Positions 50,266 through 58,859 of a stretch of 64,000 nt of DNA are shown piece by piece. The stretch spans positions 283,294-347,293 of the forward strand of contig CALSYL010000003.1 of NCBI GenBank assembly GCA_943841495.1, written 5' to 3'. The stretch's first letter is position 1. Each line of letters begins with the position of its first letter. Under the pieces are notes generated by a model. That model was not told the DNA's origin. It did not search any database and worked only from the letters and a program-made list of their open reading frames with translations. The translations under genes were made by a program, and so were the position numbers. Origin of the DNA: an uncultured bacterium (GTDB lineage: Bacteria > Fidelibacterota > Marinisomatia > Marinisomatales > Marinisomataceae).

Positions 50266-51615
50266 ATGAAAAAATCTGAAATAAGAAGCGTCATCGGCGA
50301 GAGCATTTTAGCTGATGGAATGTCTCCAATAATTGATCTTGAAAAATCGCATGGCTCATGGTTAGTAGATAAGGTAAACGGCAAAGAATATTTAGATTTA
50401 TTTTCAATGTTTGCTTCTTTATCAGTTGGATACAATCATCCATATGTTATTGAGCAATCAGAAAGATTAAGAATTGCTGCAATTAATAAGCCAACAAATT
50501 CAGATGTTTACTCACAAGAAATGGCTGAATTTGTTCAAACTTTTAAAAGAGTTGCTCAACCAGATTATCTTCCTTTGTCATTTTTTATTGAAGGAGGCGG
50601 ATTAGCTGTAGAGAATGCACTTAAAGCCGCTTTTGATTGGAAAAGAAGAAAGAATATGGCAAAAGGAAGCTCTGCTAAAGGAGAAAAAGTAATTCACTTT
50701 AAGCAATGTTTTCATGGTAGAACAGGCTATACTATGTCTTTAACAGATTCTCCGGATAAAAGGAAAACAATGTATTTCCCAAAATTTGATTGGCCTAGAG
50801 TATCAAATCCTAAAATTACATTTCCTATAGAAGATAATATGGAACATATCGTGGACTTAGAAAATCAAGCTATCAATGAAATAAAGAGTGCAATAAATGA
50901 TAATCCTGACAACATCTCATCCATAATTATTGAACCGATTCAAGGAGAAGGTGGCGATAATCATTTTAGATGTGAATTTATGCAGTCATTAAGAAATATA
51001 GCTGATGAAAATGATATTATTTTAATTTATGATGAAGTTCAAACTGGTATAGGTGTTACTGGTAAAATGTGGGCCCATCAACACTTTTCAACTGGTACTT
51101 GTACGGACAACTGTTCATGCGGTCCTGGTCTTTCAGCAAAGCCTGATATCATTTCTTTTGGAAAGAAAACACAGGTATGTGGAATTGCTGCAAGCACAAG
51201 ATTTGACGAAGTTGACGGGAATGTATTTAGAGAATCTAGCAGAATTAACTCAACTTGGGGCGGTAGCTTAGTTGACATGGTTAGACTGACGATTTACCTT
51301 GAGTTAATAGAAAAAGAAAATTTAGTTCATAAAGCTGCAGAGTCTGGAAAATTTTTACTTAACAGTTTACATGATTTGCAGAATGAATTCCCTTCATTGG
51401 TATCAAATTCAAGAGGAAAGGGTTTATACTGCGCTTTTGATTTACCTTCAAGCGAAGATAGAGATAAGCTAGCTGGACTATTGTTAGATGAAGGTTCTAT
51501 CTTATTAGGATCTGGAAATTATTCTATTAGATTTAGGCCGCATTTAAACGTTACTGAAGATGATATAAATTTCGGTATGGATTGTTTTAGAAGAGCGCTC
51601 AACAAACTATCATAA
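50266..51615 (+). CDS. lat: L-lysine 6-transaminase-like class-III aminotransferase
   Basis: N-terminus DLEKSHGSWLVDKVNGKEYLDLFSMFASLSVGYNHP resembles Lat; IYDEVQTGIGVTG and Lys context ISFGKKTQV; GGAG 8 nt upstream of ATG. Confidence 0.75.
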   Translation: MKKSEIRSVIGESILADGMSPIIDLEKSHGSWLVDKVNGKEYLDLFSMFASLSVGYNHPYVIEQSERLRIAAINKPTNSDVYSQEMAEFVQTFKRVAQPDYLPLSFFIEGGGLAVENALKAAFDWKRRKNMAKGSSAKGEKVIHFKQCFHGRTGYTMSLTDSPDKRKTMYFPKFDWPRVSNPKITFPIEDNMEHIVDLENQAINEIKSAINDNPDNISSIIIEPIQGEGGDNHFRCEFMQSLRNIADENDIILIYDEVQTGIGVTGKMWAHQHFSTGTCTDNCSCGPGLSAKPDIISFGKKTQVCGIAASTRFDEVDGNVFRESSRINSTWGGSLVDMVRLTIYLELIEKENLVHKAAESGKFLLNSLHDLQNEFPSLVSNSRGKGLYCAFDLPSSEDRDKLAGLLLDEGSILLGSGNYSIRFRPHLNVTEDDINFGMDCFRRALNKLS

Positions 51616-52307
51616 TGTCCGATAAAGGTAATTTATTTGTCGTTGGAACTCCAATTGGCAATCTTGAAGATATTACTTTACGCGCAGTTTCAACGCTCAA
51701 AAATGTAAATATTATACTCGCTGAAGATACCAGAAATTCAAAAAAATTATTATCTGCACATGGTATTGAAACAAGAATGATAAGCTATCATGAACATAGC
51801 AGTGAAAAAGAATCTCAAAAGATAGTTAATTTGTTAATAGAAGGTAATGATTTAGCATTAATTTCAGATGCAGGTACTCCAACTATAAGTGACCCTGGAT
51901 ATAGTCTTATTAGAGAATGTATCAAGCATGAAATAAAAATTATTCCTATACCAGGAGTTTCAGCAATCACTGCTGCAATGAGTGTATCTGGATTACCTTC
52001 TGATTCATTTACTTTTCATGGTTTTTTACCTCAGAAAAAAGGAAGGTTGAAAAAAATTCAAAATTTAGTTCATGCAAACAATACAATTATCTTATTTGAA
52101 AGTCCTTTTAGGCTAGAAAAAACATTAACACAATTACTTGAACATCTTGGTGATCGTTCAGTTGTTGTTGGAAGAGAATTAACTAAGTTGTATGAAGAAA
52201 TTATTAGAGGTAATTTATCTGATGTACTTGAGTATTTTTCTAAATCAAAAGTAAAAGGTGAAATTGTAATAATGATAGGCAAAAATGATGACAGAATCCA
52301 TTTCTAG
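51615..52307 (+). CDS. rsmI: 16S rRNA (cytidine1402-2'-O)-methyltransferase
   Basis: LFVVGTPIGNLEDITLRA, ISDAGTPTISDPG. Confidence 0.9.
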   Translation: MSDKGNLFVVGTPIGNLEDITLRAVSTLKNVNIILAEDTRNSKKLLSAHGIETRMISYHEHSSEKESQKIVNLLIEGNDLALISDAGTPTISDPGYSLIRECIKHEIKIIPIPGVSAITAAMSVSGLPSDSFTFHGFLPQKKGRLKKIQNLVHANNTIILFESPFRLEKTLTQLLEHLGDRSVVVGRELTKLYEEIIRGNLSDVLEYFSKSKVKGEIVIMIGKNDDRIHF

Positions 52308-52917
52308 CGGAAAGTTTATAACAGTTGAAGGGGTAGATGGTTGCGGTAAAACAACCCAAGCAGAATTCATTATCGATGGACTAATTGAAGCAGGCTTATC
52401 TGCAAAACTTGTAAGAGAGCCAGGAGGAGATCCTATTTCTGAATCCATAAGGAAGCTGCTGTTACATGCAGAAGAATCCATGTCTGATAGAGCAGAAGCC
52501 TTGCTTATGATTGCAAGTAGAGCTCAATTGACAGATAAAGTTATTCTTCCTCAAATTATTGATGGTAAATGGGTTGTGGCAGATAGGTATGCAGATTCTA
52601 CATTGGCATATCAAGGCGGAGGAAGAGGTCTTAGCGTGAAATCTTTGGATACAATCAATGAGTTTGGTACCTACACGTTGAAACCGGACCTTACTTTTTT
52701 TATTGATATTTCAATAGATGTTGCAAATTCTAGAATGCGAGTTGAAAGAGACAGAATTGAGAAAGAAGGTAATGATTTTCAGCAAAGAGTTCGAGACCAA
52801 TATTTAAAGCTTAGCGAAAGCGAATCAGATAGAGTTATCGTTATAAATGGAGATAGATCTATTGATGAAGTTAAGGCTGATATTTGGACTCATGTGAAAG
52901 AAAAATTTAATATATGA
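52285..52917 (+). CDS. tmk: thymidylate kinase
   Basis: P-loop EGVDGCGKTT; DRYADSTLAYQGGGRG. Confidence 0.9.
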   Translation: MMTESISSGKFITVEGVDGCGKTTQAEFIIDGLIEAGLSAKLVREPGGDPISESIRKLLLHAEESMSDRAEALLMIASRAQLTDKVILPQIIDGKWVVADRYADSTLAYQGGGRGLSVKSLDTINEFGTYTLKPDLTFFIDISIDVANSRMRVERDRIEKEGNDFQQRVRDQYLKLSESESDRVIVINGDRSIDEVKADIWTHVKEKFNI

Positions 52918-54581
52918 AGTCAATAAAAAACTATCTATACGCTTTCTTTTTATTTGCAGTGATTTCATTTGGCTTTGTAAGAAGTCAACAGATGGATATC
53001 TATAGAGAAATTGCTCGTTCACAACAACAGATAATGACAGTGTATAAGTATCTGCTTACCGAATATATTCATGAGCTTGATGTGCAACAGCTTACTACTA
53101 GAATAATTGATTCAATGCTTTCCAACTTTGACCCTTATACAGAGTATTATGAGCAAAAAGATTTAGAAGATCTTTCTGTTAAAACAGAAGGAGAATTTAG
53201 TGGAGTAGGATTAGAGATTTATATGTACGAAGATCAATTAACTGTTGTTAGCCCAATTGAAGGTTCGCCTGCTTCTAGATCGGGTATTTATACTGGGGAT
53301 GCTATTATGAACATTGACGGTGAAGCAACTGCAGGACTAGAATTAAAAGATGCCACAAGTAAGATAAGAGGTAAAGCAGGTACAGAAGTAATTTTAACAA
53401 TTAAAAAACCTATTTCAGGTGAAATACAAGATTATTCTATTGTAAGAGATGTGATTACTATCAAAGACATCCCATTTTATGGTATGTTAAATGACAATGT
53501 TGGTTATTTAAGAATAACTAATTTTTCTATAAATACAGCTACAGAAACTAAAGATGCAATAATTAGCTTATTACAAGCAGGTGCAGGCAATGTTGTTATT
53601 GACTTAAGAGATAATCCAGGAGGCTTGTTATCTTCTTCATTAGATTTATTGGATTTGATTCTTCCGAAAAATTTAGATCTTGTTTCTACGAAAGGTAGAG
53701 AAGGTAAGAGTATTAAAAATTACCAAACATTGAACAATGCTTTAATTCCAGAAAGTATAAATTTAGCAGTACTTATAAACGGCGGAAGCGCTTCAGCGAG
53801 TGAAATTGTTGCTGGCGTATTGCAAGATCATGATAGAGCTGTCATATTAGGTAGTCAATCATTTGGTAAAGGCTTAGTTCAAACTGTAATTGGTATTAAC
53901 CAAGAAACTGCTTTAAAAATTACAAATTCAAAGTATTACATTCCAAGTGGTAGGTCTTTGCAAAAAAGAGAATTTATTGACGAAGAGTTGATTGCTAATT
54001 CGTCAGCCGTATCCGATAGTCTTTTTCAAACAATGGCAGGAAGAACTGTTAAGGGCGGTGGAGGAATTTCACCAGATGTAACGGTTAAAGATGAAGGATC
54101 TTATCCTTTAGCTGCTGCAATATTAAGAAATGGCGCATACTTTAAATTTGTTCAACAAAACAGCGATAAATATTCATCAATTAACGATGTTTTGGAAGAT
54201 CAAGATTTGATGACAAAATTTGAATCATTCATTAACGAAAATAGTATTAGTGGCTATGTTGATGGTCAAGAAGACTTGAAGCTTGCTAAAGATAAACTTA
54301 CTGACGAAGATGAAAAAAATCTATTTATGAATAATGCATTTAGCGTTATTGAGAAACAAATTCAGAAAACGCAGTCAATTATGTTTGAAAATGAAATAGA
54401 TCTTATTCAACGTGTTCTTCATGGTGAGTTTGCATTTTACTATAATGGTTACGAAGGCCGTTATAATCTTTATTTAAAAGACGATAAGGTCGTCTTAAAG
54501 GCATTAGAGTTATTTGCTGACGAGTCCCAATATTTATCTATTCTATCTAATTCTTCCGCAGCAGAAGTTGCATTAAACTAA
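52914..54581 (+). CDS. carboxy-terminal processing peptidase (S41) with PDZ domain
   Basis: PDZ GSPASRSGIYTGDAIMNIDG; catalytic Ser context NGGSASASEIVAGVLQD and Lys context SFGKGLVQ. Confidence 0.9.
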   Translation: MKSIKNYLYAFFLFAVISFGFVRSQQMDIYREIARSQQQIMTVYKYLLTEYIHELDVQQLTTRIIDSMLSNFDPYTEYYEQKDLEDLSVKTEGEFSGVGLEIYMYEDQLTVVSPIEGSPASRSGIYTGDAIMNIDGEATAGLELKDATSKIRGKAGTEVILTIKKPISGEIQDYSIVRDVITIKDIPFYGMLNDNVGYLRITNFSINTATETKDAIISLLQAGAGNVVIDLRDNPGGLLSSSLDLLDLILPKNLDLVSTKGREGKSIKNYQTLNNALIPESINLAVLINGGSASASEIVAGVLQDHDRAVILGSQSFGKGLVQTVIGINQETALKITNSKYYIPSGRSLQKREFIDEELIANSSAVSDSLFQTMAGRTVKGGGGISPDVTVKDEGSYPLAAAILRNGAYFKFVQQNSDKYSSINDVLEDQDLMTKFESFINENSISGYVDGQEDLKLAKDKLTDEDEKNLFMNNAFSVIEKQIQKTQSIMFENEIDLIQRVLHGEFAFYYNGYEGRYNLYLKDDKVVLKALELFADESQYLSILSNSSAAEVALN

Positions 54582-54583
54582 TT

Positions 54584-56314
54584 ATGGACTCAGAAATGAG
54601 ACATATTGGACTAGAAGTAGGTAAATTTTTTAAAGAAAAAAATATATCCAAGGTTTTTACGTTATGCGGTGGACACATTTCTCCTATTTTAGTCGGATGC
54701 GAAAAAGAAAATATTGATATAATTCAAGTTAGAGATGAAGTATCTAGCGTATTTGCAGCAGACGCAGTATCAAGATTAACCGATTCAATTGGTGTTGCAA
54801 TAGTTACTGCTGGACCAGGAGTAACAAATACAGTTACCGCTATTAAAAATGCTCAAATGGCCCAATCTCCATTGCTATTAATTGGTGGAGCAGCAGCTAC
54901 ACTTTTAAAAGGTAAAGGATCGCTACAAGATATTGATCAAATTTCATTGCTTAAAACTTATGTAAAATCAGCCGTTAGCGTTTCCAAAGCAAGAAATGTG
55001 ATACCTACACTAGCTAATGCCATTAATATTGCTAATTCAGGCGTTCCTGGACCTGTATTTGTAGAACTACCTATAGATCTATTGTACCCTGAAGAAGATA
55101 TTAGAAAAGAACATATTAATCAGCTTCCAAAAGAAGGTCTGGTTGCAAAGTTTATGCATTGGTATGTCAATAGACATTTAAATGATTTATTCTCAACAAA
55201 AAAATCATCAATCAAAATACATCCAGTTAAGGATTTTAAATTAAATCAAAAGCAAATTGACAAAGCAGCATTAAGCATTGTTCGAGCTAAAAAACCTGTT
55301 TTTATTCTTGGAAATCAAGTCACACAAAACAAAGAATTTTTATCCATGTTTTTAAAAAGTATTACAAAGTTGAATGTTCCAACATATACATCAGGGATGG
55401 CAAGAGGATGTTTCGGAAAAGAAGATTCATTCTTTTTTAAGCATAATCGTAAACATGCACTTAAAAATGCTGATGTGGTTGTTACTTTAGGTGTTCCATT
55501 AGATTTTAGATTGAGTTATGGGTTTTCCATAAATAAAAATGCCAATTTGATTGCGGTTAATAAATCAAAAGAAGATTTAAAAAGAAATAGAAAGCCCGAT
55601 ATTGGAATTAATGGTGATCCTTCCAGAATTATGCATGAGATTGGTAAAATAATTAATGCGCCTTCATGTCAAGAGTGGATAGATGAATTAACATCTCTTG
55701 AGCATGAAAGAGAAGATGAGATTAATATTTTAGCAGAAGAAAAATTTGACAATGTTAACCCAATATATTTATGCAAAGCAATTGACCAGCTCATTGATAA
55801 CGAAAGCATTCTTGTTGCAGATGGAGGAGACTTTGTTGGTACTGCTTCTTATGCTATAAAACCAAGACAGGCTTTAGGGTGGCTTGATCCTGGTCCGTTT
55901 GGTACTTTGGGTGTTGGTGGAGGTTTTGCTATAGGAGCAAAATGTTCGTTACCAAGCAAAGAGGTATGGATTTTATATGGTGATGGAGCAAGCGCTTATA
56001 GTTTAGCTGAGTTTGATACGCTTTGTAGACATAAACTTCCTGTTATTGCTATTATAGGAAACGATGCATCTTGGCAACAAATTGCCAGAGAACAAAAACA
56101 AATGTTGGGAAGTAATATTGGAACAGAATTAGCATTTAATGCATATGAGAAAGTCGTTGAAGGGTACGGAGGTAAAGGGTATTACGTTGACAATCAGGAT
56201 ACTTTAATTGACACGCTTAAGCAAGCTAAAGCAGATGCTAAACTTGGATATCCAGTATTGGTTAATGTAAAGCTTTCAAAGTCTGATTTTAGAAAAGGAT
56301 CAATCTCAGTATGA
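54584..56314 (+). CDS. thiamine-diphosphate enzyme (acetolactate synthase / 2-hydroxyacyl-CoA lyase-like)
   Basis: TPP-binding GDGASAYSLAEFDTLCRHKLPVIAIIGND; N-terminal pyrimidine-binding domain AGPGVTNTVTAIKNA. Confidence 0.8.
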   Translation: MDSEMRHIGLEVGKFFKEKNISKVFTLCGGHISPILVGCEKENIDIIQVRDEVSSVFAADAVSRLTDSIGVAIVTAGPGVTNTVTAIKNAQMAQSPLLLIGGAAATLLKGKGSLQDIDQISLLKTYVKSAVSVSKARNVIPTLANAINIANSGVPGPVFVELPIDLLYPEEDIRKEHINQLPKEGLVAKFMHWYVNRHLNDLFSTKKSSIKIHPVKDFKLNQKQIDKAALSIVRAKKPVFILGNQVTQNKEFLSMFLKSITKLNVPTYTSGMARGCFGKEDSFFFKHNRKHALKNADVVVTLGVPLDFRLSYGFSINKNANLIAVNKSKEDLKRNRKPDIGINGDPSRIMHEIGKIINAPSCQEWIDELTSLEHEREDEINILAEEKFDNVNPIYLCKAIDQLIDNESILVADGGDFVGTASYAIKPRQALGWLDPGPFGTLGVGGGFAIGAKCSLPSKEVWILYGDGASAYSLAEFDTLCRHKLPVIAIIGNDASWQQIAREQKQMLGSNIGTELAFNAYEKVVEGYGGKGYYVDNQDTLIDTLKQAKADAKLGYPVLVNVKLSKSDFRKGSISV

Positions 56315-56682
56315 CTTCAAAATTAAAATTTATTACAATTCTTATCATGTCTTGTTTTTATATGAATGTTGGAGTAAAGCATTTTATTGAACCTGAATGG
56401 TTTTTGCAAATTATGCCGCCACAGTATCCAAGTCATTATGCTGCAGTATACATAAGTGGATTTTTTGAATTATTATTTGGATTTATGTTAATTAATCCAA
56501 AAACACGTTTTATAGCCGGTTGGGGAATTATTTTTCTAATGATTACTGTTTTTCCAGCTAATTTGTATCTTGCTGTTTCCAACGGTGAAGTGATGGGTAT
56601 TAGTAAAGAGTTGGCATGGGCTAGATTACCTTTCCAATATCTTTTTATAGGATTAGCTTATTGGCATGCAAAAGATATTTGA
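56311..56682 (+). CDS. small 4-TM membrane protein (DoxX-like)
   Basis: 123 aa, four hydrophobic helices; ATGA overlap upstream. Confidence 0.4.
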   Translation: MTSKLKFITILIMSCFYMNVGVKHFIEPEWFLQIMPPQYPSHYAAVYISGFFELLFGFMLINPKTRFIAGWGIIFLMITVFPANLYLAVSNGEVMGISKELAWARLPFQYLFIGLAYWHAKDI

Positions 56683-56758
56683 AAAAATATTCAATAAAAT
56701 TATGCAATTTTTTGCTTGGTTTATTATTAATTCAAAAGATGATTGAAGGAGAGTATTA

Positions 56759-57625
56759 ATGTTTAAAAAAATATTTATTGTATTATCGTTTGTTGGTTTT
56801 TTAATGGCTAATTCCCCAAAAGTAATTTTAATTACTGGAACAGCTCTTGGTATTGGAAAGTCTACAGCAGAATATTTAATTGATAAAGGTCATATTGTTT
56901 ATGGTGGAGATATTTTGGTTGAAGAGAACCTATATCTAAATGATATCGGAGGGGTAGCATTAGAAATGGATGTTACCAATCAAGAGCATGTAGATGAAGC
57001 TATTAAGAAAATCATAAGCGATCATGGAAGAATTGACGTACTTGTAAATAATGCCGGTTTGGGCGTATATGGAGCTATTGAAGAAGTTTCTATGGAAGAT
57101 GCTTTTTACCAGTATGACGTCAATTTATTTGGTGTTGCTAGAGTTACAAAATCAGTGCTCCCTTATATGAGAAATCAAAAAAATGGAACGATAATTAACA
57201 TCAGTTCAGTTTTAGGCGAAACTTATGGTCCGTTAGCTGGCTGGTATTTATCAACAAAACATGCTTTAGAGGGATGGTCAGACGCATTAAGAGTTGAATT
57301 GAAAGAATTTGATATTGACGTAGTGATTGTTCAGCCTGGAGCTATAAATACTAATTTTTTTAATGTTTCAAGAAGCTATCTTGATAAATATAAACAAGAC
57401 TCTAGTTATGGACACTTGTATGGAGAACCAGTTGCAGATTCGGAAAGCTCTGTTCTTTCAAATCAATCTGAACCAATTGTGATTGCAAAAGTCATTAATA
57501 AAGCAATTAATGCTCGTAATCCTAAAACAAGGTATGCTGCTGGAGCTTATAGTAAAATGGGTATATTTTTAAGAAGAATTATGACAGACAAAATGTTTGA
57601 TAGATTTATTCTTTTTATTAATTAA
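56759..57625 (+). CDS. short-chain dehydrogenase/reductase with hydrophobic N-terminus (paralogue 1)
   Basis: TGTALGIGK (TGxxxGxG), NNAG, catalytic YLSTK (YxxxK); N-terminal IFIVLSFVGFLMA. Confidence 0.85.
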   Translation: MFKKIFIVLSFVGFLMANSPKVILITGTALGIGKSTAEYLIDKGHIVYGGDILVEENLYLNDIGGVALEMDVTNQEHVDEAIKKIISDHGRIDVLVNNAGLGVYGAIEEVSMEDAFYQYDVNLFGVARVTKSVLPYMRNQKNGTIINISSVLGETYGPLAGWYLSTKHALEGWSDALRVELKEFDIDVVIVQPGAINTNFFNVSRSYLDKYKQDSSYGHLYGEPVADSESSVLSNQSEPIVIAKVINKAINARNPKTRYAAGAYSKMGIFLRRIMTDKMFDRFILFIN

Positions 57626-57675
57626 GAAAGTTGTTTAAGGTTTATAATTATGTTAAAAGTGAATAGGAGATAAAA

Positions 57676-58542
57676 ATGCTTAAAAAATTTATTATATCAA
57701 TATTATTAGTTGGTACTGTATTTGCAACTGACAAGCAAAAAGTTGTATTAATCACTGGTACTGCTCATGGTATCGGAAAATCTACCGCGCAATACTTAAT
57801 AGAAAAAGGGCACATTGTTTATGGCGGAGATATCTTAATTGAAGAGAATCTATATCTCAACGATATTGGTGGAGTAGCATTAGTGATGGATGTAACAAAA
57901 CAAGACCATGTTGATAATGCTATTAATCAAGTTATTGCAGAACAAGGAAGAATAGATGTTTTGGTAAATAATGCTGGAATTGCTGTTGGAAGTGCCATCG
58001 AGGATGTTTCTATGGAAGATGCACTGTATCAATTTGAAGTAAATTTATTTGGTATTGGAAGAACGGTCAAAGCAACTTTACCACATATGCGAGCACAGGG
58101 AAGTGGAACTATTATCAATATTTCCTCCGTACTTGGTAAGGCATATAATCCGCTTTACGGATGGTATGTTTCATCTAAGCATGCACTTGAAGGATGGTCT
58201 GATGTCCTTAGATTGGAAGTTGAACAATTTGGAATAGATGTGGTAATTATTGAGCCAGGTCTAATTAAAACAAATATCGGTAATTATTCTGCAAGATATT
58301 TTGAAAAATATAGTAAAAATTCAGTTTATGCAGACTTCTATAATTCTGACGATTCAGAAGATAGTAGTTTTGATGATTATTCAGACCCAATTGTTATTGC
58401 AAAAGTGATCAATAAAGCCATTGATGCAAAAAATCCTAAAACAAGGTATTCTGCAGGAGCTTATAGCTGGATACTTTTGACAATGAGAAGTATATTACCC
58501 GATAGATGGTTTGATAAATTAATTTCAAACGTTACAGGTTAA
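57676..58542 (+). CDS. short-chain dehydrogenase/reductase with hydrophobic N-terminus (paralogue 2)
   Basis: TGTAHGIGK, NNAG, YVSSK; N-terminal FIISILLVGTVFA; collinear with the upstream paralogue over the full length. Confidence 0.85.
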   Translation: MLKKFIISILLVGTVFATDKQKVVLITGTAHGIGKSTAQYLIEKGHIVYGGDILIEENLYLNDIGGVALVMDVTKQDHVDNAINQVIAEQGRIDVLVNNAGIAVGSAIEDVSMEDALYQFEVNLFGIGRTVKATLPHMRAQGSGTIINISSVLGKAYNPLYGWYVSSKHALEGWSDVLRLEVEQFGIDVVIIEPGLIKTNIGNYSARYFEKYSKNSVYADFYNSDDSEDSSFDDYSDPIVIAKVINKAIDAKNPKTRYSAGAYSWILLTMRSILPDRWFDKLISNVTG

Positions 58543-58560
58543 TTTAATTTTTGAAAATTG

Positions 58561-58634
58561 GGGCGATTAGCTCAGTTGGTTAGAGTATCTGCTCGACACG
58601 CAGAGGGTCACTGGTTCGAATCCAGTATCGCCCA
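58561..58634 (+). tRNA. tRNA-Val (anticodon GAC), apparent C at position 33
   Basis: Hand-folded: acceptor GGGCGAT/ATCGCCC, D arm GCTC-AGTTGGTTA-GAGT, anticodon stem TCTGC/GCAGA with loop TCGACAC, variable GGGTC, T arm ACTGG-TTCGAAT-CCAGT, discriminator A; CCA not encoded. Confidence 0.85.
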
Positions 58635-58665
58635 CTTACACATAAAGTCAATATAGACGACAAAA

Positions 58666-58696
58666 GAGAGGCTACTTCGGTAGCCTCTTCTTTATT
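58666..58696 (+). terminator. rho-independent terminator after tRNA-Val
   Basis: 9-10 bp stem GAGAGGCTAC/GTAGCCTCT(T) with TTCG loop (58666-58689), followed by CTTTATT. Confidence 0.65.
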
Positions 58697-58738
58697 CAAA
58701 GATGACTACAAAAACGTACATTAGACGACAATTAATTG

Positions 58739-58781
58739 GGTATACAATTGGTATACAATTTCTCAACCAAATTTCTCAACC
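58739..58781. repeat. two pairs of 11-nt direct repeats upstream of the surface-protein gene
   Basis: GGTATACAATT at 58739-58749 and 58750-58760 (perfect tandem); ATTTCTCAACC at 58758-58768 and 58771-58781. Confidence 0.6.
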
Positions 58782-58859
58782 TAAATCAAAAACAAGGCGG
58801 GGTAGGGTAATAGTATATTTCATACATACATTCTAAAATAATTTTTTGTATATTTTAAT

